Assembly: GCF_037042905.1 (NCBI RefSeq)
Contig: NC_087251.1
Coordinates: forward strand, 40,054,001 to 40,118,000
From: Lytechinus pictus
Taxonomy: Eukaryota
Direction of reading: 5' to 3'
Length of the DNA: 64,000 nucleotides
Shown here: piece by piece, positions 37,338-50,499 of the stretch
Layout: each line of letters begins with the position of its first letter
How positions within the stretch are numbered: position 1 is the first letter of the stretch
The notes under the pieces: generated by a model
Told to the model about the DNA's origin: nothing
The model's input: only the letters and a program-made list of their open reading frames with translations
Databases searched by the model: none
Position numbers and translations under genes: made by a program

Positions 37338-38131
37338 TTTAAAGTGTTAATATTACTATTGAAGAGAGTAATCACACCAACGTGACGCGTACGCCGGAGG
37401 CTGAGCTAAGAACGTCTGTTCGTACCGTATATGGCAAGCCATTTGTCCCATAATGACGATAAACTCAGTTTATCATCGAAAAACTCAATCTATCCATGGA
37501 TCCTACTATAGGGGCCTACAAGAGAAGGATCTACAGTATAAAGTATAATGCATAAACTAAGTTTTTCGCCGATAAACTAAGTTTATCGCTTGAAAAACTA
37601 GGTTTATCAAGAAAAACAAAGTTTTTCTACCGATGAACAGGGTTTTGTTTGATAAACTTAGTTTTCACTTGGAAATCAGAGTTTCTCGAAAAACTCTGTT
37701 TATCAATTGATACTTACTTTTTTTTATAAGTTTTTCTCTTAAAAAACTCAGTTTGTCGACTGCATAATAAACAGAGTTTTTCAAGCGATAAACTAGCTTT
37801 TTCAATTTCGATAAACTACGTTTTTCGAATTTGAAAGTTATATAGGGTTTATGTAATTGCCATGGTAACCAAATATAATAATGTAGAGCAGGTTGTATAT
37901 TCCTGAAACAAAGTGCAATTATTTGATAAATGTTAATTCATATGGGCGCTATTCTAATTTGAAGATTGACTTTATTGTTAGCTATTTACATAGACACGAA
38001 AAGCAGAGGATATTGTTCCCAACTGGAATTATGATGATAAATATTACTATGCTATAGTCATATTTATCATCATAATAATAGTAATGCTATTTGAAGTTTT
38101 GAACCAGGATTTAATTTATGTGGGATATAAT

Positions 38132-38442
38132 GGCCCGTATTTTGAAGTCAGGTTTAAGTTAGACCCAGGTTTAAAGTTGTGGTTTAAGTATGGATGGCCA
38201 ATTGTTACATAAAGCACTAACAGTAGAGATATCATATTTCAGCTCATTTGGCTTTTAAATCATTCATAATTATCTAGGAAGTATAAATAGATGATTGTCT
38301 TCACCATCGATGAATCAGAAAAGAGCAGAGTAAACATAAGAAACGTACAACTTAATAAAAAAATTGATACGTTTGGCTTCCCATACTTAAACCACAACTT
38401 TAAACCTGAGTTTAAGTTAAACCCAACTTCAGAATACGGGCC
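38132..38442. mobile_element. Harbinger-like MITE, inverted copy of 13473-13784
   Basis: Same TIR; body is the reverse complement. Confidence 0.8.
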
Positions 38443-38780
38443 TATATCTTTTATATACACCTAAGTTCAATATGTGTTACTATGTAATTTTACATCTGAT
38501 CAAGTTTTCATTATAAAACCCACTTAACTCCAAAGAAGTATTTTGAATATTGGGTTTTATCACTATTGTGTATCCCTTTTCCCGCTGAACATTTATCTTT
38601 TGGAGATGGGTTCCATGACATTTGCTCTGACGACAATTGCTCCGCTGTAAATTCCACAAACTAATCTTATGACCAGCTTCATCCCCTAAACCTACACATT
38701 AATTGCAATCCTATAACCAGCTATCTTAGACAAAATTAAGCCCAGGGCAATTGTTGCAGGAGCAAATGTTGTGTCGCCTG

Positions 38781-39038
38781 GGCCTCGTCTCACAAAGACT
38801 TACGATTGATCCGATCAATCGTAACTCTATGGAAATCCACCAACGTCATAATTGCACAATGTCCTTCGTATATGCAAAGAGAAGCACGGTGAATTTTCAA
38901 GAAAACAATGAATGCAAGAATATAAATCATAGCTAGAAAATATTTTGAACAAACATGCATAATAGATGTTGACGTTGCTGGCAGTCCATAGTTGTGATTG
39001 ATCAGATCAATTGTAACTCTTTGTAAATAGACGGGGCC
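38781..39038. mobile_element. Harbinger-like MITE
   Basis: CTG|GGCCTCGTCT...AGACGGGGCC|CAG with extended imperfect arms. Confidence 0.7.
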
Positions 39039-39047
39039 CAGGTAATC

Positions 39048-41672
39048 AGATGGAGATGATTGGAGAGATGAAGATAAAATGTGGGGGGGGGGTGGAGATG
39101 ATGAAAGGTGGGATGGCCCGGGCCCCGGGGGGATGGCCATATGAGGATGGAGTTAATGAGAGGGGTGGAGATGATGAGTGGATGGAGATGCTGAGAGGAG
39201 GGATGGGGATGATGCAAGGATTGATGGAGATGATGTGGGGAGGAGCAGGGGCGGATCCAGCCTTCGTCACTGCATGGGGGGGGGGGGGGCCGGAATTTTT
39301 TTCAGCCATATTTTCCCCGATCGGCCGCTCGAAGATGATTTTTTTTTTGTTTCTTTGAAGGGGGTAGTCCTATAAGTCACTTCTTAGCTTTATTCTTTAA
39401 ATCAACATAAATATATAATATCATAATCCTTATTTCATAATGCGAGCGCGAAGCGAGAGCAAATTTTTTTTAAAATTAAATGTATTTTTTCCTAAAGTTT
39501 GAACATTCTGAAAAAATGATGTGCCTGCAATAATTACTATGAACGCGAAGTGCGAACAGAAATTTTTGATACACGTTTTGAACTGATCGGAAAGGTAGGC
39601 CTACCTGTTAAAGCTTTTTGCAGTTAGCCATGACGTTGCATATTTCAACAATCAAATAATGCGAGCGCGAAGCGCGAACTGTAAAATTTTGACATTTCTA
39701 CATAAACAATAGAAAATTTTAATCAATTTTTGTAATCATGAACAGGATAGCTATATAACTAAATAATTGATGCGAGCGCGAAGCGCGAGCGGAAAATTGT
39801 AGTTTTAGACCTAGAACGGGACTCTATTTATTTTTTGTAAATCATGAAAAGGATGAGTAAGAGGGGATCTTCCTACATTATTAATGCGAGCGCAAAGCGC
39901 GAGCAGAAAATGTTTGTATACGTTTTGAACTGATCGAAAAGTGCCTTTTAAGGACTGCTTGCACTTAGCCATGAAGACGTTACATATTTCAACAATCAAA
40001 TAATGCGAGCGCGAAGCGCGAGTGGAAAAAATCGAGATTTAGACCTAGAACAGGACACTCTATTCATGTTTGTAAATCATGAAAGGGGTGAGAAAGGGGG
40101 GATATTCCTACATTAATAATTCGAGCACAAAGGGCGAGCAGAAAATGAACCAAATGAACATGCGCGCGCGTGTTTCAGATTTAGACCTAGAATCTAGGCA
40201 TTCTAAATACATCTTTAATCATTAAAATATTTGATATTCCGATCTGAAAAGGGGGGTCAATTTCAGCTTTATATTTCAAACACTTTGTAGGAAAATTGTA
40301 AGGTGGATATAAATCGCACTTGATAAAGAGCTGATATTTTTCATTATTACTTTGAGTTTGAGACATAGGACCGTTACATCCTTAGGACATGTTATCATAT
40401 GAATATGATGACTATATATCTTCCTATTCATCTTGCTAAGCGCAAATTTAAACAAAAGGGACAATTTAATTATTAAATTGATATCTTATTTGTTAATCAA
40501 TGCATAATGAGGGCGCAGAATCTCATGATATTTTGTCCTAAACACTGTACATTTCAAGTACTGTTTTATTATGAATAGGATTCATCAGTAATCAGTTGAT
40601 ATATTTTTAACCATTAATGCGAGCGCAAATCGCGAGCCGAAATTTTTGATAAACTGTCATGAAAAGGGGATTTTAAATAGTTTGATATATAATCGATATT
40701 GAGACATACATAACCCACCAATCAAAATGCAAGCATGGCAGCGCTAGCTGATACGTTTTGACAATCAGACCTGAAAAGGGATATTTTAAAAACTTTATGG
40801 AATACATGAAAATAATAGGTACCTGATAAATAAAAATTCGCGAGCGCGCAGCGAGAGCGGAAAATGTTAATATAAACTGACATTTTTACAGAGCACTTTT
40901 TAAAAATCAATTTGTAAATCAGTCAAATTAATGAAAGTTCGATTTCCGAGGAGAAATATGTTTTGTATATTGACTTCCAAATTTGATATTTAAGCTCCAT
41001 GTTGAACAAGATATGTGAATCACTTAACAGGCAATGCGAGTGCGAAGCGCGAGCGAAAATTTTATATAGTGACATGAAATATTTTTTTTCCAAGTCTTCC
41101 TCTCATCTTATTTTATTCACTCGTCTTCCTCCTCTTCTTTTTTCTCTTTTCTTTTCCTTCCTTTTTTCTTTCTTTCCCTTTTTTTTTCTGATTTTGCTCC
41201 GCCAATAGGGGGGGGGGGGGGGGGGCGGGCCCCACGGGTCCCCACCTGGATCCGCCTATGGAGGAGGGATGGAGATGATATAAGGTTTATAGAGATGAGG
41301 GGGTTACAATTAAGAGACGAGGGGGGAGATGTTGAGGAGTGGTGAAGATGATGAGGAGTGGGGAGATGCATGAGAGGAATAGGATGATGAGGTGGATGGA
41401 GATGATGTGGAAGGGTTGGCATGAGGAAGCGTGGAGATGATGAGAGGAGGGATTGAGATGAAAGGTGGATGGAGATGCGAAAATGGTTGGAGATGACGGG
41501 AATGGAGATGATGAGGAGGGTGGAGATATAAGGGGGGAATAGAGATGAAAAGGGGGTGATTATCATCACAAACATCACCTCCAGCACCAACTTCATCATC
41601 ATTATCATCGCCACCACCATCATCATCATTATCATGAGTCACTGATCATGACCATATCATAATCACCATCAT
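39048..41672. repeat. GGAGATGAT / CATCAT low-complexity tract, split by the 39246-41260 insertion
   Basis: Purine-rich degenerate repeats on both sides of the insertion, followed by (CAT/CAC)n. Confidence 0.8.
39246..41260. mobile_element. hAT-like element with GCGAAGC-bearing tandem repeats
   Basis: CAGGGGCGGATCCAG...CTGGATCCGCCTATG, GAGGAG on both flanks, splitting a GA-rich tract. Confidence 0.78.
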
Positions 41673-41676
41673 ATTA

Positions 41677-42237
41677 CCCGGGGGCCACTTACACTGACGA
41701 GTGGATACCATGCGCGACCAAAAAAAAACACGTAAAAAGGATGTAAAAAAGATAGGGTACGTTACGTATGCGTATCGTGATAAGGGTGTCAAAAAATAAT
41801 GAAAAAAGGGTATTTATTTTGCTAGGAAAGCTATACGTGTTTAGGGTCAAATTTGGGAGGATGATAAAACAAAATTAAAATGTTTTAATGTTAGGTGGGC
41901 CCCATAGAGATGTATACTAATTACGCTAATTAGTATACATCTCTATGGTGGGGCCGTACTAAACCAAATGGTGTGTAAAGGTAAAACCGACGACCGACGG
42001 ACCCGTGACATTATAATAAAATATCGCTGTACTTGTTTAGGGGTTCATTTCAGGGAATACCTGTCAAGAGTATCGTTTTGTTTCAAATACTTGTTAAGGG
42101 TAGGGTTTCAGACGCCAATACTTGTTAAGGGGTGCATTTTCAGAATAATGGAAAATGCGTGTCAGTTTAGGGTGCTTTTCGAGACCCCATGGTTGCGCAT
42201 GGTATCCACTCGTCAATGGAAGTGCCCCCCCCCCGGG
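41677..42237. mobile_element. CCCGGGGG-terminated MITE, second full copy
   Basis: Collinear with 15471-16043; carries a 45-bp hairpin insertion at 41903. Confidence 0.8.
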
Positions 42238-42849
42238 TCATGAACACCAATTATATAGCGGAATATCAGAATTGCGAGACACGACAAACTGGAAAGCTGC
42301 CATAGCCAAGAAGTCATTGCAATTCCATGGCTTTTCCATGACCAAAATCACCTTTCCATGACTTTTCACCAATTTTTTCGAATTCCTTGACTTTCCATGA
42401 CCACAAAATTTTCCAGGATTTTCCATGACTGTGGGAACCCTGCATATATTTCTGATCGACAGCTATAGTCGGCACCCATTATGCTTGATGCTACGTCCTG
42501 GGGAGTGTTTCATAAACATTTTTTGTCGGACAAGTTGTCAGATCTGACAACTTTCCTTAATTCTGATTGGCTCGAGGCACTGTTACGTAACTGTCGGATA
42601 AAACAGCAGTGGCATAACAGGCGGGGGGCAGGGGGGCAAGATGCCCCCCTGGCGGAGTTCACCGGGGAAATAAAAAAACGGGAAAAAGAAAGAAAGGGGG
42701 AGAAAGAAAGAAAGAAAGGGAAAGGGTAGGAAAAAAGGAAAGGGGAAAAGGAAAGGAAAAGAAAAACTAAGGAAAAACATGAAAATAGAAAACGGAAAAC
42801 GGGAAAAGGAAGGAAAGAAAAACATGTGAGAAAGAACAATTCTCTTCGA

Positions 42850-44659
42850 CAGTGGCGTACCGTGGGTCACGGCATTGGGGGGCACCAGCAAATATTTTGA
42901 GTCACTTAGAGAGCGCGCAAAGCGCGCTCAGTTGCCAGGTATACTGACATAATAGAGACATTTTAAGGACAGTGCCATTAAACGGATATGTATCTCACTG
43001 ATCACATAATGCGAGCGCGAAGCGCGAGCTGAAATTTTTTAAAATTCAGACCTAAAAAGGGACATTATAAACAAATTTTTGTAATCATAATACGTACCTG
43101 TCTCACTAAACAAACAATGCGAGCGCAAAGCGCGAGCTGAAAGTTTTGTATATGTTGACCCCAAACAAGGACAGTTTAAGGACTATATTTTGGGAATCCA
43201 ATAAGAGTATACATATCTCACCATAGTCATCTAATGCGAGTGCTAAGCGCTTGCTGACTTTGTTTGAATAATATACATCTAAACACATGAAGCACTTTTT
43301 GTAGTCATTATAATCATGATCATCATATGCATCTCGATCACTAGTCAAATATTAAGAGCGCGAAGCGCGAGCTGAAAATTTAGGAAATTTAGACCTGAAG
43401 AGGGGCATTCTAAGGCCTGCTTGTAGGAATTCACGAAAACCATGCTTATTTTACTAACCAAATGATGCGAGCGCGAAGCGCAAGATGAAATTTTTTAATA
43501 TTCAGATCAGAAAAAGGGACATTTTAAGGTCTGATTTTAGGAATTCATGAAGAACATACATATCTCACCAATCCACGAATGCAAACGTAAGCACGGACAG
43601 GAAATGGTTTATATTAAGACCTTAAAATGGGGCAATCACTTTAATTAAAGGTCAAGTCCACCCCAGAAAATTGTTGATTTGAATCGATAGAGAAAAATCA
43701 AACAAACATAACGCTGAAAATTTCATCGAAATCAGATGTAAAACAAGAAAGTTATGACATTTTTAAGTTTCGCTTATTTTTCACAAAACAGTTAAATGCA
43801 CAACTCAGCGATATGCAAATGAGAGAGTCGATGATGTCCATCACTCACTATTTCTTTTGTTTTTTATTGTTTGAATAATACAATATTTCAATATTTACAA
43901 ATTTGACAAAAAGGACCAACTTAACTTAACCATAAACTGTTAAAATAATGACAATTCTACATGTTCAGGGAGAAATAAAACTTTGTTTCACTTGAAAAGG
44001 AGGAGAAATTTAGAATATTTCATATTCAATATAATAAAATACAAAAGAAATAGTGAGTGGGTGACGTCATCAGTCTGCCAATTTGCATACCGACCAGGAT
44101 GTGCATATAACTGTTTTGTGAAATTAAGCGAAACTTTAAAATGCCATAACTTTCTTATTTTGCATCCGATTTTGATGAAATTTTCAGTGTTTTGCTTGTT
44201 GGATTTTTCTCCTTTTTTTCAAATCTACTTTTTGTTGGGGTGGACTTGTCCTTTAAGTAGTCATGAAAAAGAAGCATATGTCAATACATAAAACAATAAT
44301 AATTTGAAGTGCGAGGAAATATATTTTGTGTATATTGACTTGAAAACGGGAGGTTTTAGTACAACAGGATTATATATCTTGTTAAACAGACAATGCGAGG
44401 ACCAGGAACAATGAAGACATAGCCTAGGCCCTGCGCAAATTAGGCCTATGTTTCATAAATTTATGATTTTTTAATGTAATATAACATAACATAATTATAA
44501 TATGATATAACATTATAATTAGCAATAATTTATTCTTTCCCCAGTATGTTTCTCTCCCTTTCTCCCTCTTTTTCTCTTTTCCCCCGTTTTTTTTTTGGCC
44601 AGCCGATTGGGGGGGGGGGGCACGTGCCCCCCATGCCCCCCCCCGTAGTTACGCCACTG
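42850..44659. mobile_element. hAT-like element nested in the composite
   Basis: CAGTGGCGTA...TACGCCACTG, TSD CTCTTCGA/CTCCTCGA; internal repeats of about 120 bp with GCGCGAAGCGC. Confidence 0.85.
43649..44252. mobile_element. Kolobok-like MITE copy 2, nested in hAT-like element
   Basis: Same TIRs and body as 2024-2612; TTAA both sides. Confidence 0.85.
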
Positions 44660-47600
44660 CTCCTCGATACACAAATAAATACAATAGCATGATTAGCAAG
44701 ACGGAAATAAATTAAAGATGACAAAAAGGCAAACAACAGCTGAAAATGAAGGTAGAATGGAATGAGTCAAAATATAAATTGGAAAATAAAGAAAAGGAAC
44801 AAGACATTAACACTGCCGGGCTGCCGAGGATTGAAGATAACGAGCGGGAAGAAAGATGGATAATGTCGTATGAAAGTCTGTTATTACTTGCTAGATCTCC
44901 AAAGCTACCGGGGGCTCTATCCAAGAGCCCATGTAAAAATCAAATTTTGTGATAGATTTTGACATAATGTTAAAAAGATAATATCATATTCACCCTCCTC
45001 TCTTTCCTTTTTTCTCTCTTTTTTTGTACGCCACGGTGAACAGGATTTTTGTTATGATTGTGAGCATCAGGGCGAAGCTCTATATGCTCGAGTATGGCGC
45101 GCTTCTGGCAAGAAGTAGCTTAATATAGGTCCCGAGCGAGCGAAGCGAGCGAGATAAAAAAAATCACCTTTTCATGAGAATCTAACATAAAGATAGATTT
45201 TAACGTGATATTCAGAAAAATATAATACACTTTCCTTTCTTTCCTTATTTTTTGTTTGGTTGTAGAACTTTTGGGGGCCTTGGTCCAAACTCATCCATAT
45301 AACAGTGCTTTATGGGTGGGGTCCAGGGCAGAGCCCCGGAACCTCTTGATATCAAATCCATTTTAAACCCGTTACAGATGGCCACTTATTTTAATCAAAT
45401 TGCGTGTATATTTATATAGCTGTAACACAACACATAAATTCAATGCAGTTGTGTATCGTAATCATCCAAATATTGTGAAGGGCACACCAAAGCAAATGTG
45501 GGAAAATTTGTAAAAAGTCGCCAGCGAGCGAAGCGAGCCAGAAAAAAAAATGGCCTGTTAAAATGAAATTCTAATTATGTGATAGATTTTTACATCATTA
45601 TAGCAAATATCATGTCATATATTTTTTTTTTCATTCATCTCATTTCGCTGCCTCCTTTATTTTCTTTTATTTCCCCTTGGCTGAGGAACCACCCCCGGTA
45701 CGCCAGTCATTCAATGTAAAGCTTAATGCAGGAAGGGTCCATATAGGGGCCCGTTATAGAACCCATTAAAGGTTACAGATGAAGAGCCCCCACTGCACGG
45801 GAGATTGGAGATTTAGCAAGTTTATGATAGACTTTCATACGACATTATGCTATATACCATCCATTTTTCTTCCCGCTCGTTATCTCAATCCTCGGCAGCC
45901 CGGTAGTGTACGTTATCTTGTCCCTATTCTTTATTTTCCAATTTAGATTTTGGCTAATTCCATTCTGCCTTTATTTCCCGCTTTTGTTTGCCTTTTTGTC
46001 ATCTTCAATTTATTTCCCTGTCTTACTAATCATGCTAATGTATTTGTATATCGGGGCGAATTTTTCTTTCTCACTTGTTCTTTTTTCCTTCCTTTTCCCG
46101 TTATCTTTCCGTTTTCCCTTTTTTTATGTATTTTCTTAGTTTTCTTTTCCCCTTCCCCTTTCCCCTTTTTTCTTTCCTTTCCCTTTCCCTTTCTTCCCCC
46201 CCCCTTTTTTTTCTTTTTCCCTTTTTTTTTAATTTTCCCGGTGAGCTCCGCCAGGGGGGGCAGCTTGCCCCCCCTGCCCCCCCGCCTGTTACGCCACTGC
46301 CTTTAAAGGGCTCTATAACGGGCCCCTATATGGACCCTTCCTGCATTAAGCTTTATGTTGAAGCACTGGCGTACCCGGGGGGGGGGGGGTACCACAGCCA
46401 AGGGAATATAAAAGAAAATAAAGGAGGCAGCGAAATGAGATGAATGAAAAAAAATATGTATATGACATGATATTTGTTATGATGTAAAAATCTATCACAA
46501 TTACAATTTCATTTCAAAAGGCCATTTGCTATGTGTGCCCCCTCAAAATATTTGGATTATTACGGTACATAACCGCACTGGATTTATGTGTTGTGTGCCC
46601 TTGTGTGAAAGCTATATGAATATAAACGCAATTTGATTAAAATTAGTGGCCATCTGTAAGGTTTAAAATGGCTTTTATATCAAGAGGTTCTGGGGCGCAC
46701 TGTTTTATGGATAAATTGGACCATGGCCCCCAAAGTTCTACAACTAACCACCCCCCCAAAAAAAAAAGAGGAAAGAAAGAAAAGCATGCAAGCCAAAGGA
46801 AAACTGTATTATATACTTTTTTTAATATATCACGTCCAAATCTTTCATGTTAGATTCTCATATGAAAAGGTTTTTTTTTTTTATCTCGCTCGCTTCGCTC
46901 TCTCGGGACTTAAAAGGAAAGAGAGAAGGATGAAATATGATATTATGTCAAAATCTATCACAAAATTTGATTTTTGCAATAAAATTATCAAAATTTTTGC
47001 TCGCTCGCATTTATATTTCTTTGTACGATACACCATACCACCCCCTCAAAATTTTTGCCTCATGACGCCATTGCCTGTTCCATGATATGACCGGGAAATT
47101 TTTGGCTCTTGCCCCCCCCCCCCCCCCCCCTCCCCGGCCACCAACCCCTGTTACGCCCCTGTAAAACAGGACTTGTCGGATACAAGTCCTTCATGAAACT
47201 CCCTTGCTTTGTTGTAGTTCCAATTTAGGGCCTAAGTTTTCATTTCAGATGGTAACCTTACAAGATACCATATTATATAAATACGGATGACTAATCGCCA
47301 CTCCCAACATAACAACAAGAAGAGAAGTTATTTCATTTAGACGATTCCATTTTAATTATAGGGGTTATCTTGTAGATGATGATTATTATTATTATTTTTA
47401 ACTTGGTTTAGCCATATCCATGAAAGTAATTTTTGAAAAAAATAATGAATATTTTTCACAGTTTTATTTCAGATAGTATTATTTCTATTTTTTTTTTTCT
47501 TAGAAAGACTTATAAAAATCTGATAGACCCTATGGGCAGGCGCCTATGCCCCGAAAATATTTGCAAGCTCCAGCTAGCTCCAGATATGCAGATCCAGCCA

Positions 47601-48128
47601 GCGCGCGTTCTACAAATTTTGGTAACTGCCCTGTAATTCACGGCATAATTAACCTCGCAAGACCGACGTATTTTCACACTTTCAAAGAGAAATCAGAGGT
47701 GATATTTAATGATTTATTAAACCTTGTTATTGTTTTCATTTGTGTTATGATCTTTCATTACTCTCAGCTTTCTTCACTTCTTCATTACTTTTAATCTTAT
47801 TCACTTCTTGTGTCTGTCTGACGTGTTCACCAACCATTTTCTTGCCATCGGCATCGCACTGACTGGCCGCACAAGGGACAAGCAGCCTACGGTATATCGG
47901 TAGGGTGTCTGAAGCCACACTGAAAAGTGTCAGCATAAAACAGGCTGATTTAGGGGAAAATATGGCACATTTTTTCGGGGAAGTTCAGGCTACTAGAAAA
48001 ATGTGATCTGAATTGATTATTAACTTGTGTTTGGCATGTATGGAAAGAGAAAATTCAGGGGCTTCTTTTGACAGTAAGGACAAGTTTATATATATGATCA
48101 TTTTAAATAAGGAATAAAGGATCATTTA

Positions 48129-48739
48129 CCGTAAGGGTACTAGTATTCAACCCGTTTGGAGAGTTTCCTCAAATATATAGAAATATAGAATTTACCTGAA
48201 TTTCAGACCCGTCTTATTTCCAAGAGCAAATGCTGGTTATTCTTTTTCCGTTATTTTTTTCTTCAACCAGTTGACTGTGTGCGCGGGCGATCGAATTATA
48301 CGGCGACGGATTTTAGTACTAGTATTCAACCCGTCGGCACTAGTATTCAACCTAGCGATGAAAGATGGCCCTGTCTCTCAATCTGCCCTTGTCCCATCCG
48401 ACTATGGACTAGACCATTTGAGATGAGACCAAACAGGGAATTAATCAAAGCCAGAGACTTACATAGATCTAGATCTAATTTAGCAATCTAAACCCTTTTG
48501 AGATTTGCTATCAATCCTCACTAGGTTGAATACTAGTACCATTCAGTGCAAAAGGCCATCGCCGCATAATTCGATCCTCCGCGCATACAGTCGACAGATT
48601 GATAAAGAAAATACCGACAACAGATTACCCTGGACATAACAAAGGTATGAAATTAAGATAAATTCCCTATTTCTAAATATTTTGGGGAATATGTCAAAAT
48701 CTTTGAATTATGCCGGGTTGAATACTAGTACCCATACGG
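48129..48739. mobile_element. Tc1/mariner(pogo)-like foldback MITE
   Basis: TA|CCGTAAGGGTACTAGTATTCAACCCG...CGGGTTGAATACTAGTACCCATACGG|TA; internal copies of the motif. Confidence 0.78.
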
Positions 48740-49463
48740 TACTAGACTTAGACTTAGAGGTAAATTGCAACCCCTTATTTTTGTGTGTGTTGAGATTGCC
48801 ATTTCTCCATGCGTTTTCTATGGGAAAATGAAATTTCTGTTTTGCACAATTTTTTTCACTTTGTCGCAATTTTTCATTGTGATCTGGTTTCCAAATCTTT
48901 ATAAAAATCATACCATCAGATAGAGCATAAAAAATCCTATTCATTTATTGGACTCTAATTATGGACAGGTTTTTGGCATTAATAATAAATTTATAATTAA
49001 CAGCTCTCGGAAGCTAAAAATTTGGATTTGTGTGTGTCCATTTCTTAACTACACAGTCTATGGCAGAGAAATGCTGAAAATTTACCTAATTTCATTCTTC
49101 TTTTTTGCAGCCAATAATTGGATTTTTTTCAAAAATGTTACATTTCTGTCAGTCTGAAGGTCATTTCTCTTCAAATTCACAAAGAAAATGTGATATTTTC
49201 TTGAAATAAGAAAAATAATTTTTTTCTCCAGACACCCTAAATTTTCTAATAGCGGTACCCCTCGGCTCTCCACGAAAAACAATTATTTTCGTGCGCGACA
49301 AATTATGATTCCAGACGCGCGTCGGACGGGTGAAGATATTAAACAAATACCGGTATATCAGGCTTTGAGAAAGTATAGTGGAATTATTTATCCGAGGTTG
49401 GTCTGACAACTACTAAATACTATTTTTCCCGAGGGGCGAAGCCCCGAAGGAAATAGTAATTAG

Positions 49464-50354
49464 TATGGCAGTGTATCCTATTACCGGACACCTTTATTTC
49501 AGTGCTTTAAAAATGAAAAACTAGAGGAAATACAATCAAGAAATATTTGCACTTGCTATTCCAAATATTATGAAAATTATGAATATGATAAAATTATTTC
49601 ATATTTACCAACCGTTTTCTTTGCATCGCAATTGTCGCATACCCCTCCACGAAAAAGTTATTTTCGCGCGTGACAAATTACATCATGATTCCGGACGCGC
49701 GCCGGACGGGTAAAGATATTCTTCATTATAATGATGTAAGAAAGAATTTGTGTGAATTTTTCTTCATATATCATATCATGCATAAATTCTAAGCTTATGT
49801 TTTGTTTTTTTTCACATCAAATCTGAGCAGATGTTGGTAATAAATTTGTGTTTGATAAATTTTATTTTGACTTCTCAGCTGCATGTTCCATGCCCATGGC
49901 ACTTTCCAATACTATGCTCGTTCGTATCGTAACGCTCATCAGGTTTGATGCGCTGTCGATCGATGGTCGACGGCTATAGTCACGGTAAACCTCGGGCACG
50001 GTATACCTCGAGTCTAGCCGTCGGCGATTAACCACAATACACCACACTTCATCATTCGATCGAAGGAGAGGACGGGACTGAAATTCGGCAAAATCAGGCC
50101 CATTTTTCCATCAGAAAATATATCAATTGTTAATGCAAAACTACGTTATATGATATTTAAATCATTTTCTGTCATTTTAGAGATAAATAAGGTAAAAATT
50201 GGATTTTTTCGCCTTGTTTTAGCAATCTTGTTCTATGAATTGCTCTGTGAAATTGAATTGCGGAAGTCTTACGGTACAAAATTGTTTTCGTACGCAGTAC
50301 TATGCGCGTCCGGAATCATAATAGTGTCCGGTAATACAATACGTAACTGTACTA
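49464..50354. mobile_element. DNA element of about 890 bp, copy 2 (inverted)
   Basis: Collinear reverse complement of 27593-28464; TAG on both flanks. Confidence 0.8.
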
Positions 50355-50499
50355 TAGTTTTGCCAGCGCGCGCCAGTCCAACCGAGTATTAATAATTCCC
50401 ACTACTCACTAGGCCTATATATTTCTATGCTTTCGAATGAAACGCCTGATATATTTGTTTTATATCCTACTTTTGATAATTTATAACCAAAATCTATGC

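Larger units (their letters stand above)
42607..47161. mobile_element. 4.55-kb composite hAT-like element
   Basis: TIR CAGTGGCATAACAGG / CCTGTTACGCCCCTG; perfect 8-bp TSD TAAAACAG; inserted into a short MITE spanning 42501-47203. Confidence 0.85.

Noticed and set aside
39002..41642. Met/Gly/His/Pro/Ser-rich ORFs (39050, 41117, 41310 and others)
   Set aside because: Translations of GGAGATGAT/CAT low-complexity DNA that run across transposon junctions
42481..46443. Phe/Lys-rich ORFs of 80-120 aa
   Set aside because: Polypurine/polypyrimidine arms of the hAT-like composite
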